A stretch of DNA of 64,000 nucleotides from Eledone cirrhosa (lineage: Eukaryota), in the NCBI GenBank assembly GCA_964016885.1, contig OZ024745.1, positions 9,548,001 to 9,612,000 of the forward strand, read 5' to 3'. Positions 1 through 13,347 of the stretch are shown piece after piece. The translations under genes were made by a program, and so were the position numbers. Numbering within the stretch: the stretch's first letter is position 1; the number at the start of each line of letters is the position of its first letter. The notes beneath the pieces are model-generated. The model did no database searches. It was not told the DNA's origin and was given only the letters and a program-made list of their open reading frames with translations.

Positions 1-317
1 ATCTATCTGACTAGAGTGCTCCCCTGATCTATAGGTGATCAGGTGGTTGTTTGGTTTTTTGAAGTTTGTGTTACATATCGACATGTCATTGGCGTCGCAG
101 AATTCTAGAAGTCTGAATCCTTCCTCATTTCTTGTGCCAACCCCATGGCCTCCATGAACTCTATTGAAGCTGTCGCAGTGTTTACCTACGTGTCCGTTAA
201 AATCTCCTGCGATGATTAAGAAGTCATTGTCGTTTGTTAGAGCAGTAGTGTGCATTAGGGACTCGTAAAACCTATTCTTAAGTTCGTCTGGCAACCCCGA
301 TTGGGGTTCGTAAGCTG

Positions 318-320
<3 letters not shown>
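1..320 (-). mobile_element. RTE LINE family A, APE endonuclease fragment (5'-truncated, runs off the window start)
   Basis: Closely similar to 59624-59943, which encodes the family A endonuclease; homology ends abruptly in a (TA)n tract at about 320. Confidence 0.85.
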
Positions 321-367
<47 letters not shown>

Positions 368-1076
368 GCTTTCAAATAGAAGACTTAAAAAACTCAAGTG
401 ATGTGAAAATAAATGCATATAAAATAATTTCTCTAGATATATTTTAAATATTTTACAGCATCACAGATTATTTTCTAATTTCCTTTTCTAAATGTTTCTT
501 TTTATGATTGTTTTTTATAGTTTGTGTAATGGAATATTCTGCTTCAAAGGACACTAAATAATATTAAATGCAATTTAAAGAAATATAGAATAACTAAAAG
601 TTTTATATAGAATGCATGAGTCTTGAAAAATTTGCTTCTAAACTGACCCAAATATATCGTATATAGAATGAGTAGATGAAGGACTGTTAGTGAGAAAAAC
701 TCTTGCTGACATTAGTTTTCAAAGTTAGGTATGTTTGGCTAAAATAAAGTGTAAACAGACTTATTATTTGATTGAGATATTTATTTACAATGGTGTGGGT
801 ATTGGTCTTCATATATGAAAAATGAATACCAAACACAATTGTCTATGTATATTAGCAGAAATTGCTGAGCACATTAAAAGTCTTAATGAATGTTTGTATA
901 TGAATTAGTGTCAATAATTGTAACCTAATTTGTTATAAGATTTAATGAGCTAGCATTGTTAGAGTAACTAAAATGCTGATATTTCTGTTAGAGCACTGAA
1001 TGGTTTATATTGATAATGTGCTTACTTCACTGGTAAAAACAAAACTTAAACATATTTCTATTGCTCACCAAATAAT

Positions 1077-1135
1077 TGTTTCTACTTTTTGGCACAAGGC
1101 CAGCAAATACCCAGTACATTACTGGTACTTTATTT
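1077..1135 (-). mobile_element. SINE family 1, 3' fragment with TSD
   Basis: Matches the 3' end of the SINE at 43098-43288; flanked by direct repeat TATTGCTCACCAAATAAT (1059-1076, 1136-1153). Confidence 0.8.
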
Positions 1136-3034
1136 TATTGCTCACCAAATAATGTTGAGCAGTAACAACTGAATAGTGTATAGAATCTAGTTACTTAAGA
1201 AAAGCCACAAATCATCATCATCGCCACCACCATCACCATCATTATCACCACCACCATCATCATCACGACAATCATCATTATCAATATCTTGTCTTTTTTT
1301 CCACACTTTCTTGGGTCATCTGAGTTGTGATGTTCAGAGGACAGAGATGTCAGTATCTTACCCACATTTTCCATTTGGTCAGGGTTTCTATGACTGGATG
1401 CCCTTCCTAATATCAACTACTTCACTGTGTTCTGGGTGTATTTTCTCATGGTACCACCACTACCACAAGACATGGCGAAATAAGAAACACCAACACTACC
1501 ACTTTACAGAATAGCTTGAGTGCATTTTACCATGGCACCAGCACTATTACTTTACAGAGTGTACTGAGTGCATTTTATCATGGCACCAGTAAATGTTGAT
1601 AGTAAAATTTTCCTTACTAGATTTTATCTTTTCTGTATTTTCTTCTTTGTAAAACAGATTTTGAATGGCTTTGTCTGTGTTCTTCATCAGATGGTATGTG
1701 TAGCAGTCACCCGGTGACACGTATGTGTAGCAGTCATCAGGTGGTATATATATGTAGCAGACACCAGGAGACATGTAGCAGTCACCAGGTGACATGTATG
1801 TGTACCAGTAAAATCTGGACTTGGCAACAATTAGCCAATAAAACAGTTGATTTGAGCAGACTCTCTTTAAACCAACCCATTGTAATTTGAAAGTGTATGG
1901 GGGGGGGGGGGGGGTTACTTGGTCTTTATGTTATGACGAAAGAAAGGTAAATTATTTTTGATACTAGTAAATTGCCTCCACTACCCAATTTGCAATACTA
2001 CCCTTATTATTATTATTTTATTGTTTTTATGCCATGCGGTTTTGATGAATGGAAGCTAAACTTCTGGAAATGCGTTTGATGAAACCCTCCCCCACACACA
2101 CACTATATTTAGTATTTCACTATTTGTGTATATTACCCAGGAAATTAATTTAGCTTGGGTGGCAATGGGTGGATCTTTTAACTATATACTAATTGTTGAT
2201 GGGATAGTTTGTCTGACCAATGAATGACTATATCAGACATAGTCAGATTTGCAGATTATTGCTGGGGAACTAACAACAAAATGTTTAGTGAAGTTCTTTT
2301 TGGGGAGCTTGCACAAGGAAGAGCTAGCAGAGGATGACAAGCCAAGACCTATATCAAGTAGATTATGAATATGGTAAATAATAGAATTGGATGGTGACAG
2401 AGAATTAAGGGAATCTATGCAAGCAGTGTAGCTTATTGATTGATCGATAGCTTGTTACATCTGTTTGGAAAACACTTCAGACTTAATGTTATAGGAATTC
2501 TGATTTGGTATATGGTTGTCTTATGAAGCAATTTGAACCATTGCAGGAGATTTGGGTTAATAAAAATATAGTTTTTTTTTTGTTTTGTTTTTTAATTTGG
2601 TATAATATTTCTACTATGATTTGTTTTGTGATGAGATACTCTTAATTTTTTTATTAATTTCCAATTCATAAAGAATTTTAAGGTTTCTCTCTTGAAAGAA
2701 ACGGATGGGGTGCTTGCATGCCCATGTACTTGTACATCTAACATACAGATTTAGACACATACACAAACTTACACTGACATATACACATGCTTGCACTGAC
2801 ATATACACATGCTTACACAGTCGTATTCACACCCTCACACAGTCATATACATACCCTCACACTGACATATACACATACTCACACTGACACACACAAGATA
2901 CATTATATCTGCTGTCAAATTTGATTTATTGTGATAACTGAAATCCTCTGTTCAGTTAAGTCTTTCTTTCTCTTCTTTAATTTCTTCTTTGTAAAACTTT
3001 GACTATGTCAGTTTGACCTCTTTCTTATTTGCAG

Positions 3035-3115
3035 GTCTACTGAAGCTGTATTGTCTGTTACCGATAACAGCTGCATTATAAACATGTCACACTTCTTTAA
3101 TTCTACATGTCTTCA
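3035..3115 (+). CDS. Candidate symmetric (phase 2-2) cassette exon of the FAM13-like gene
   Basis: Polypyrimidine tract plus TTGCAG acceptor, GTGAGT donor, 81 nt open (STEAVLSVTDNSCIINMSHFFNSTCL), phase compatible with exon 6040. No recognisable homology. Confidence 0.4.
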
Positions 3116-3911
3116 GTGAGTTTATTCATTGAGTGTCTTCCTGTGTAGTTATTAAAAATATTTTAGTACCAACCTTTAATATTACTGTGAATTTTAATTG
3201 TGTTAAAAACCAGAATAAATGGAAATGAGTGGAAAGAGTGTAAAAAGGGGTATTTTTTGTTGTTTTGCTCAGTTTGAAATCTAAGTATATTCTGATTGTG
3301 TATTCTGGTTGGTTATATAAATATGGTTATTTTCTCTTGATTTCTGACTTTGTTATTCCTTATTATAATGATAAACATACTTCTCTCACCATTTTGTACA
3401 TTAAAAAATGGAAATCTGTTGTTAGAGTTGCTGTCATTTATATAAGATTCAGCAAGAGAAGTCATAGTGTATGCTTTACAATCATCTCGACTATTATTTT
3501 GTGTTTGCTGAAATTAACATATTTAATCCTTTAATTCCTTGTTTATATATATATATATATATGTACCTTTGTTAAAATTTAACTGCTGATATTGTGTATC
3601 AGCTCTCTGCGACTTTGCCTATTGGCATGATTTTTAAACTAATGAGAACTGGTTTGGTTTAACATGAATGGAGAAGGTAAAATAAAGAAAATGCAATGGA
3701 ACAATTTATTCAGAATCTTTTGGTACTTAGTTCTTATAACAGTTGTATTAGTCTATATCTATATATATATATATGAAAAGAGTCAGGACCCCGACGGCTG
3801 GAGCTCAGCTGTCGGGGTCCTGACTCTTTTCATATTACCCACTCTACTACCCTAAGTATTGAGTACTCTGGTGCATTATGGTCCACCTGGTATCTTACCA
3901 CACCCTCTTTG

Positions 3912-3956
<45 letters not shown>

Positions 3957-4199
3957 GATACAACAGTGACATGTACAGGTACTAATGTTTTGTTGCACCT
4001 GTCATATAATTACAAAAACTTTTTAAAATTATATAACAGGCTGAATAAGTTGGGGTGAACAACCCAATGAAACTTAAGTACCTGTATATATCACTGTTGT
4101 AACTAATTATACTTAACTTGTCCTGTGGACAGTGCTGTAACCCTTGGATATTTCTACCAAATTTGTACTACTGTGCATACATATGTACGTACATACATA

Positions 4200-4798
4200 C
4201 AGTAAAACCCCTAATACAATGCAGGCATAACAGACCAGATATTATGATATGGGACAGGGAGAAGAAAGCATGCACAGTAGTGGAAATTAGCTGCCCAGCA
4301 GATGCCAATATAATATCAAAGATTAGCGAAAAGGAGAATATTTATGCAGAACTGATGAGAAATCTGCAAATACTCCACCCTGATTACACCTTCATATTTA
4401 TGCCTATGATTATTGGGGCACTGGGGTATGTTAGTAACTGCCTCAATACAAATCTTGAGAAGCTGGGCTTCACAGAAACAGAAAGAACACAACTAGTTAG
4501 GAAATTACAAATACAATCCATTAATGGAACAGTAAAAATATGTAAAACATTCCAAAAATTTTGCATCTAATAACTGCATATACACTTGTACAGATACAAA
4601 GCATATACACGTGCACACATACAACTCAAAACATACACATGCACACATACAATAACATGCATATCTACACATGCATGCATGCAGACATACATACATATCT
4701 ACCTAGTTGATGTGTAAATTCCAATGAGAGAGTCTTGTATCTATGTTAGAAACCGACTCTCTCTATTGGCAAAAATTTGTGAAATTATAAAACCAGAA
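4200..4798 (+). mobile_element. 3' end of an RLE-type non-LTR retrotransposon (R4/NeSL-like)
   Basis: ORF segment HNRPDIMIWD...VVEISCP...EKENIYAEL...PMIIGALG is a PD-(D/E)xK restriction-like endonuclease; TACA repeats on both sides. Confidence 0.8.
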
Positions 4799-5452
4799 CA
4801 TACATACATATTTAGTGTAGTGTAATTTGTTGAACATACTAAGTTGGTAGAACAATCAATCCTGTGTCAAGTTGTGGTATACGGATATTTATTACACTTA
4901 TTGTGCTGCCATCTAGGTACAAATGTTTCATTGGCCACATATTTTTATATTTTCCTTTTTAACTTTATACAGACTCTACAAAAGTTAGCTCCCATTGTTC
5001 TTTCAAAGCCCTCTTTTTTTTCTTAGGCTATTTTTAACTACCAAATTACCTCCCTTACTTTTCTTTTACTACTCTATATATCAACATCACCTCTCCCTTT
5101 ATATTTATTACTTTTTCTACTTCCCTTTTTGGAACTCTTTACACTCAAAGCAAAAGAACCACAGCCATTACAAAATGGTGTCAATATAAGGTGAGGATTT
5201 GCTGCCTATTTTGGAAATATCTGAAATAGGAAGCCAATGAAACATTTATACCGAGATAACAGAATAGTTAGTGTAATAAATACCTGTATATCATCATTAT
5301 CATTTAACATCCATCTTCCACTATATATATATATATGAGAGTTTACATGGGTCGGACCACCCATGTAAACTCTCATATCTGAAGATGAGCTGGATCCAAT
5401 CACATGATTAAACCCGATCTGATCAATATGGTAACAATTTGTAATATGTAAT

Positions 5453-5633
5453 TGTTTCTACTTTTGGCACAAGGCCAGCAATTAGCCAGTGCATTACTGA
5501 TACTTTATTTTATCGACCCCGTAAGGATGAAAGACAAAGTTAACCTCGGTGGGATTTGAACACAGAATGGCAAGGGCCGTAACTCTATGCGTCAAAGCAT
5601 GACATCCGACCTTCTACCGACACTGCCAATCCC
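5453..5633 (-). mobile_element. tRNA-derived SINE family 1 (inside a 20-bp TSD together with extra captured sequence)
   Basis: Reverse complement resembles 43098-43288; TSD AACAATTTGTAATATGTAAT at 5433-5452 and 5772-5791. Confidence 0.85.
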
Positions 5634-6039
5634 GCTGTGGTTCTTTTGCTTTGAGTGTAAAGAGTTCCAAAAAGGGAAGTAGAAAAAGTAATAAATATAA
5701 AGGGAGAGGTGATGTTGATATATAGAGTAGTAAAAGAAAAGTAAGGGAGGTAATTTGGTAGTTAAAAATCGAACAATTTGTAATATGTAATAAAGTTCCC
5801 AAAGAGCTGCAATTCTTATTGTCACTTTATATATATATAAATAATAGAGAAGTATATGAATCACACTATGTTTGTCCTGTTGTTAATATATATATGTATG
5901 TTTGTGTATGTATATATATATACATCCGCTGAAGATCCGCTAAGGTGAAACAATTGTTCTCGGTATGGTGAACTAACTGTTGTGTAACCACTTATATATA
6001 TATATAATATGTGTATGTGTTTTCTATATTATTTTTCAG

Positions 6040-6101
6040 AAATGTTGCAGTTGAAGATGAATACACTACAAGATTAAAGCAACTGACTAAAAAGATTCAG
6101 T
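6040..6101 (+). CDS. FAM13A: FAM13A/B-like protein, coding exon (NVAVEDEYTTRLKQLTKKIQ)
   Basis: TTTCAG acceptor, GTAAGT donor; resembles FAM13 QLTRRIQSLKKK and joins the next exon in frame. Confidence 0.8.
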
Positions 6102-6335
6102 GTAAGTTCTGTTTAGTTTAATTCTGGGACAGTGTTGTTGCTTCAGTCAAACTTCCTAGGACTAGAGTTATTTCAGGACAGTGTTGCTGCTACACACACA
6201 CAACTTCCTAATCTGCATTAAAAAGACAGTCATTCAACTTACTGCCAAATATTCATGAACTGTCACACTACAATATCTGACAAATGTGCTGCCTGTCTTC
6301 TGTTTCTTCTATCCACCGACACTACAACCTTTAGT

Positions 6336-8179
6336 CTCCACCTCTACTGTTATTACATACCAGTTCTAGCCAGACCCATCCAACACATCCACCTCCCTCC
6401 ACCTCTACTGTTATTACATACCAGTTCTAGCCAGACCCATCCAACACATCCACCTCCCTCCACCTCTACTGTTATTACATACCAGTTCTAGCCAGACCCA
6501 TCCAACACATCCACCTCCCTCCACCTCTACTGATATTACATACCAGTTCTAGCCAGACCCATCCAACACATCCACCTCCCTCCACCTCTACTGTTATTAC
6601 ATACCAGTTCTAGCCAGACCCATCCAACACATCCACCTCCCTCCACCTCTACTGTTATTACATACCAGTTCTAGCCAGACCCATCCAACACATCCACCTC
6701 CCTCCACCTCTACTGTTATTACATACCAGTTCTAGCCAGACCCATCCAACACACCCACCTCCCTCCACCTCTACTGTTATTACATACCAGTTCTAGCCAG
6801 ACCCATCCAACACATCCCCCTCCACCTCTACTGTTATTACATACCAGTTCTAGCCAGACCCATCCAACACATCCACCTCTACTGTTATTACATACCAGTT
6901 CTAGCCAGACCCATCCAACACATCCACCTCCCTCCACCTCTACTGTTATTACATACCAGTTCTAGCCAGACCCATCCAACACATCCACCTCCCTCCACCT
7001 CTACTGTTATTACATACCAGTTCTAGCCAGACCCATCCAACACATCCACCTCCCTCCACCTCTACTGTTATTACATACCAGTTCTAGCCAGACCCATCCA
7101 ACACATCCACCTCCCTCCACCTCTACTGTTATTACATACCAGTTCTAGCCAGACCCATCCAACACATCCACCTCCCTCCACCTCTACTGTTATTACATAC
7201 CAGTTCTAGCCAGACCCATCCAACACATCCACCTCCCTCCACCTCTACTGTTATTACATACCAGTTCTAGCCAGACCCATCCAACACATCTACCTCCCTC
7301 CACCTCTACTGTTATTACATACCAGTTCTAGCCAGACTCATCCAACACATCCACCTCCCTCCACCTCTACTGTTATTACATACCAGTTCTAGCCAGACCC
7401 ATCCAACACACCCACCCCCTCCCTCCATCTCTACTGTTATTACATACCAGTTCTAGCCAGACCCATCCAACACATCCACCTCCCCCCACCTCTACTGTTA
7501 TTACATACCAGTTCTAGCCAGACCCATCCAACACATCCACCTCCCTCCACCTCTACTGTTATTACATACCAGTTCTAGCCAGACCCATCCAACACACCCA
7601 CTTCCCTCCACCTCTACTGTTATTACATACCAGTTCTAGCCAGACCCATCCAACACATCCCCCTCCCTCCCTCCACCTCTACTGTTATTACATACCAGTT
7701 CTAGCCAGACCCATCCAACACATCCACCTCCCTCCACCTCTACTGTTATTACATACCAGTTCTAGCCAGACCCATCCAACACATCCACCTCCCTCCACCT
7801 CTACTGTTATTACATACCAGTTCTAGCCAGACCCATCCAACACATCTACCTCCCTCCACCTCTACTGTTATTACATACCAGTTCTAGCCAGACTCATCCA
7901 ACACATCCACCTCCCTCCACCTCTACTGTTATTACATACCAGTTCTAGCCAGACCCATCCAACACATCCACCCCCTCCCTCCATCTCTACTGTTATTACA
8001 TACCAGTTCTAGCCAGACCCATCCAACACATCCACCTCCCCCCACCTCTACTGTTATTACATACCAGTTCTAGCCAGACCCATCCAACACATCCACCTCC
8101 CTCCACCTCTACTATTATTACATACCAGTTTTAGCCAAACCCATCCAACACATCCATCTCCCCCGCCCTCCACCTCTAC
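6336..8179. repeat. 61-bp minisatellite, about 30 copies
   Basis: Unit CTCCACCTCTACTGTTATTACATACCAGTTCTAGCCAGACCCATCCAACACATCCACCTCC, highly homogeneous. Confidence 0.97.
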
Positions 8180-8260
8180 CTATTCTCCAACACTGAATTA
8201 ACCACTTCTCCCAGTCCTTTCTCCTCAGAATGTCACCATATTTTCTCAATAAGTATCTGG

Positions 8261-10210
8261 GCTACTGCCTCTTCTCACCAGTGGCTAACCTCACCATCAG
8301 AGGTGCTGCGTCTTCTCACCTGATGCTAACCTCACTGTCAGAGCCACTGCCTCTTCTCACCAGTGCCTAACCTCACTGTCAGAACTACTGCCCCTTCTCA
8401 CCAGTGCCTAACCTCACTGTCAGAGCCACTGCCCCTTCTCACCTGATGCTAACCTCACCGTCAGAGGCACTGCCTCTTCTCACCTGATGCTAACTTCACT
8501 GTCAGAGCTACTGCCCCTTCTCACCCGTGCCTAACCTCACTGTCAGAACTACTGCCCCTTCTCACCAGTGGCTAACCTCACTTTCAGAGGCACTGCGCCT
8601 TCTCACCAGTGGCTAACCTCACTGTCAGAGGTGCTGCCCCTTCTCACCAGTGGCTAACCTCACTGTCAGAGGTGCTACCCCTTCTCACCAGTGGCTAACC
8701 TCACTCTCAGAACTACTGCCCCTTCTCACCAGTGGCTAACCTCACCATCAGAGGCACTGCCCCTTCTCACCAGTGGCTAACCTCACTGTCAGAGGTGCTG
8801 CCCCTTCTCACCAGTGGCTAACCTCACTCTCAGAACTACTGCCCCTTCTCACCAGTGGCTAACCTCACCGTCAGAGGTGCTGCCTCTTCTCACCTGATGC
8901 TAACCTCACTGTCAGAGCTACTGCCTCTTCTCACCTGATGCTAACCTCACTGTCAGAGGCACTGCCCCTTCTCACCAGTGGCTAACCTCACTGTCAGAGG
9001 TGCTACCCCTTCTCACCAGTGGCTAACCTCACTCTCAGAACTACTGCCCCTTCTCACCAGTGGCTAACCTCACCATCAGAGGCACTGCCCCTTCTCACCA
9101 GTGGCTAACCTCACTGTCAGAGGTGCTGCCCCTTCTCACCAGTGGCTAACCTCACTCTCAGAACTACTGCCCCTTCTCACCAGTGGCTAACCTCACCGTC
9201 AGAGGTGCTGCCTCTTCTCACCTGATGCTAACCTCACTGTCAGAGCTACTGCCTCTTCTCACCTGATGCTAACCTCACTGTCAGAGGCACTGCCCCTTCT
9301 CACCAGTGGCTAACTTCACTGTCAGAGGCACTGCCCCTTCTCACCAGTGGCTAACCTCACTCTCAGAACTACTGCCCCTTCTCACCAGTGGCTAACCTCA
9401 CCGTCAGAGGTGCTGCCTCTTCTCACCTGATGCTAACCTCACTGTCAGAGCTACTGCCTCTTCTCACCTGATGCTAACCTCACTGTCAGAGGCACTGCCC
9501 CTTCTCACCAGTGGCTAACCTCACTGTCAGAGGCACTGCCCCTTCTCACCAGTGGCTAACCTCACTCTCAGAACTACTGCCCCTTCTCACCAGTGGCTAA
9601 CCTCACCGTCAGAGGTGCTGCCTCTTCTCACCTGATGCTAACCTCACTGTCAGAGCTACTGCCTCTTCTCACCTGATGCTAACCTCACTGTCAGAGGCAC
9701 TGCCCCTTCTCACCAGTGGCTAACCTCACTGTCAGAGGCACTGCCCCTTCTCACCAGTGGCTAACCTCACTCTCAGAACTACTGCCCCTTCTCACCAGTG
9801 GCTAACCTCACCGTCAGAGGTGCTGCCTCTTCTCACCTGATGCTAACCTCACTGTCAGAGCTACTGCCTCTTCTCACCTGATGCTAACCTCACTGTCAGA
9901 GGCACTGCCCCTTCTCACCAGTGGCTAACCTCACTGTCAGAGGCACTGCCCCTTCTCACCAGTGGCTAACCTCACTCTCAGAACTACTGCCCCTTCTCAC
10001 CAGTGGCTAACCTCACCGTCAGAGGTGCTGCCTCTTCTCACCTGATGCTAACCTCACTGTCAGAGCTACTGCCTCTTCTCACCTGATGCTAACCTCACTG
10101 TCAGAGGCACTGCCCCTTCTCACCAGTGGCTAACCTCACTGTCAGAGGCACTGCCCCTTCTCACCAGTGGCTAACCTCACTCTCAGAACTACTGCCTCTT
10201 CTCACCTGAT
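8261..10210. repeat. 41-bp minisatellite with higher-order structure, about 47 monomers
   Basis: Unit like CTGCCCCTTCTCACCAGTGGCTAACCTCACTGTCAGAGGCA; variant TCTCAGAACT recurs every 205 bp from 9156 to 10181. Confidence 0.97.
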
Positions 10211-10759
10211 TAAACCATAAAACAATATCTCTTGTAATTGAAATGTCTGTGAATCACTTAATGCTATATTTCCCTTCACTACATATATACATATAGTGCT
10301 AAATTAACAGAGTCATTTGAATGTCAGATAGAATGCTTTGTGGTATTTTTTCTGGTTTTCTACTCTCTCAGTTCAAATCACACTGAGATCAACTTTGCTT
10401 TTCATCCATCCAAAGTCGATAAAAAAAGTATAAGTCTAGTACTGGAGTTGATTCTTCCTCTCTATCCTTCTCTTGAAAAATCTACTGTAGTCAGTCCTGG
10501 AGAGAGATGGGTGCTGCCAGGTTTTAAAAATGCCCTAGAAATGCTGTATGTCAATATGGTGCCTTAGGAGTTATGGAACCAACCAACCATCCATCTATCC
10601 ACATACATATTCATGTTCAACATAATTTCTAAGTGAAAGTTCATATTTGAAATTTGTTCTTGTTTTTGTTTAATATAGTCAAAGGAGTGGTGGTGGGAGT
10701 AGAGTATTACTCAGTCTGATAGGCCATTCCAGACTGATAGTCAATGCAGTTGATTGCCT

Positions 10760-11210
10760 GTTTGCTTCTCTGGGCATGGATTCATTAAAGCTCCGACGTC
10801 TGGCAATGGACTTGGTAAACACCCACAAAGTTATTAACCATCACGTCAATAACAACCCTGAGCACCTTTTTGATCTCCATGTGTCTAACACATGTGGACA
10901 TGCCTTCAAAATTAGAAAACAGCACAGCTACCATGATTTTCGGAAACATTTTTTCACACTTAGAGTTGCTGAAGCATAGAACAAACTGCCTGCATCAGTT
11001 GTTAGCTGCCGAGACATTGCATCCTTTAAAACCCTCGTGCTTCCCGAAATTCGCCAAAACTACACCTGATGTACCCATTCCATGCACATGCACACATGTA
11101 TATCATGACTCATGCACTGTTCATTTTCCTGATGTTTGTACATTACCCTATGTACTATACATACACTTTTGATGAGTTGTAGTGCACCTGAGCACTGTAC
11201 ACAATATTTT
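10760..11210 (+). mobile_element. CR1-clade LINE 3' remnant
   Basis: LKLRRLAMDLVNTHKVIN...TCGHAFKIRKQ...FRKHFFTLRVAEA*NKLP resembles the CR1 ORF2 C-terminus. Confidence 0.75.
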
Positions 11211-13288
11211 CATTGTTAAAACATGGGCTGGGTGAGAGTCAAATTTTGCAGAAAAAGCAAAGTGAAGCGTTTAGCATAGAGTTTGTGTGATTAGACATTA
11301 GAAAGGATGGTGAGAAAAAGTGAGGTGAGGGTATTGGGTGATACACAACTTGTTAGACAATGACAAGACAGTATATTGGTGGACAAGTGATCAGAACTTG
11401 TTGATATAGTGTATAACAGCTCCATATTAGATATTTAGTGAGTTAGTCCCAGGGTTACTTACTCTAGTAAGTACCACCGGATCCCAACTACTAAATTTAA
11501 TAGAAATAAAAGATAGGAGAATTTTCATGCAATTTCATTTCGTGTGAGAATTATCTCTCACTACATTTGAAGTAATAAACAGAAGCATAAGTTTCTCAAA
11601 ACGAGTATCAAAATAAATTGTGTTTATTGTAGTCCGTGTATTACAAATGTGGTAAGTAAATGTACCTCATGGCATGACAAGGTATAATCCTGAACCATAA
11701 GATGTGGTTGGAAAAGGTTAGCATGTTTGCACTAGATGTGATCACTTCAAGGGTTAACCGGCAAAAAGAGGAAGATGAATTTCAGTTCAATCTTTTATAA
11801 TCCTTTGAACGGAAGTTTAAGGAAAATTCTAGAATTTCAACGGGAAGTAACTCTAGCTACTTCCCTTGTCTAGAGAGCACTACAGATATATTAGTGATAT
11901 CCTCATGTGGCTTGTGTTTGAGCCTTACTCAGTTATCATTGTTTTTATGTCCACATTTCAGTGCTGGCATGGATTTAGATGGGATGGCTTGGGGCAATGT
12001 TTTATAGCCAGTTGCTCTTCCTGAAGCCAACTCTCTTACAACACTCATGGCTATTGTGTACATATTCTAAAAGCCAGGTTACACATAGTAACTATTAAGT
12101 GTTTAAGTATTTTCTGTCCTTCAAGAGGAAACCTATCCTTTGAGATAGACTTGGTTGAACTATAGTAATTTCTGATTTAGTTACAAATCTAGCAATTTGT
12201 GGAGAAAGGAAATTGATTACATTGTCCCCCAGTACATTACTGGTACCTTATTTTAACAACTCCAGAAAGATGAAAGACAAAGTTGACCTCAGCAAGATTT
12301 GAACTCTGAACATAAAGGGCCATGATTAAATGCTACAAAGTCCAAAATGGTCTAATGATTCTGCCTATCCACTGGTGGAATTATAATTCTATCAAATTTA
12401 ATCAAATATTGTCTATGGTGATGAAATAAGTTTTCGACAGTCTTTGTATTCTTCAGCTTGAACTATATGTCTAAGACTGTTTGCAATTGATTGTTAGTTT
12501 TTTGGGGTTTTTTTTGCCAATTGCAATTCTGATAGTAGTTTATTTCCTGTTAAATTATATAAATCTGGGTATAATGATAGGTTAATAAAAGCCATTTGGC
12601 TTCAGTTGAAGCCAACTGCATGTTGGTTGGTCAGCTAAGTTAGAAAACATGTCATGTATTCATAAGACTCTTGAAACTGTGCCAAAATTAACCATTAAAT
12701 ATTCTTTATAATCATTGATATTTTTATTTCCTTGTCTTTATTGGGTCTACCAACATCTTCAGATTTATGAAAATCTCACATAGATTAAAATTATCTTAAT
12801 AACATGATTAAAATATATATGAAGCATATTTATAAAATTTAATAACCCAGTTTCTTTCTAAATGTTATCTCCGTTGAGAAATTTAAAAGAATATATTAAG
12901 AATTTATAAAGAGGTTTGTGGGTGTAGCAGAAGTCTTTCATACTAAACCTTTATGGTAGGTTATTATATCTTACTCCATCATTGTAGTATTATACATTTT
13001 ATACTGCCCAGTTGCTTTTAAACCCACTCAAACTTTATGCTGAAATAAACTTCACTGACCTTGATTTTTTCTTTATTGTTTTCCAAAAATAATTTTACAC
13101 ATTTATAAAGTCAGCACACTTTTAGATAATATACTTAGTCAATTTGACATTATACAAAGTAAATAAATGAAATTAGTTCTCTCATATTACTGATCCTTTA
13201 CTTTCAATAAGACATTTCATTATTTCTGGTTATTCAATGTAAAGAGATGAATTAATGGTCCATAAATATATTGTTTTCATGTTTCTAG

Positions 13289-13347
13289 CCTTGAGAAAAA
13301 AGATAAAGCTATTTGAAGAAAACTTCGAACGAGAACATGGATACCGA
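13289..13347 (+). CDS. FAM13A: FAM13A/B-like exon (SLRKKIKLFEENFEREHGYR)
   Basis: TTCTAG/GTAAGT; resembles FAM13A SLKKKIRKFEDRFEEEKKYR. Confidence 0.93.

Noticed and set aside
6336-10210. Regular short repeats resembling a CRISPR array
   Set aside because: Head-to-tail units with no unique spacers, no cas genes, and a eukaryotic intron context.
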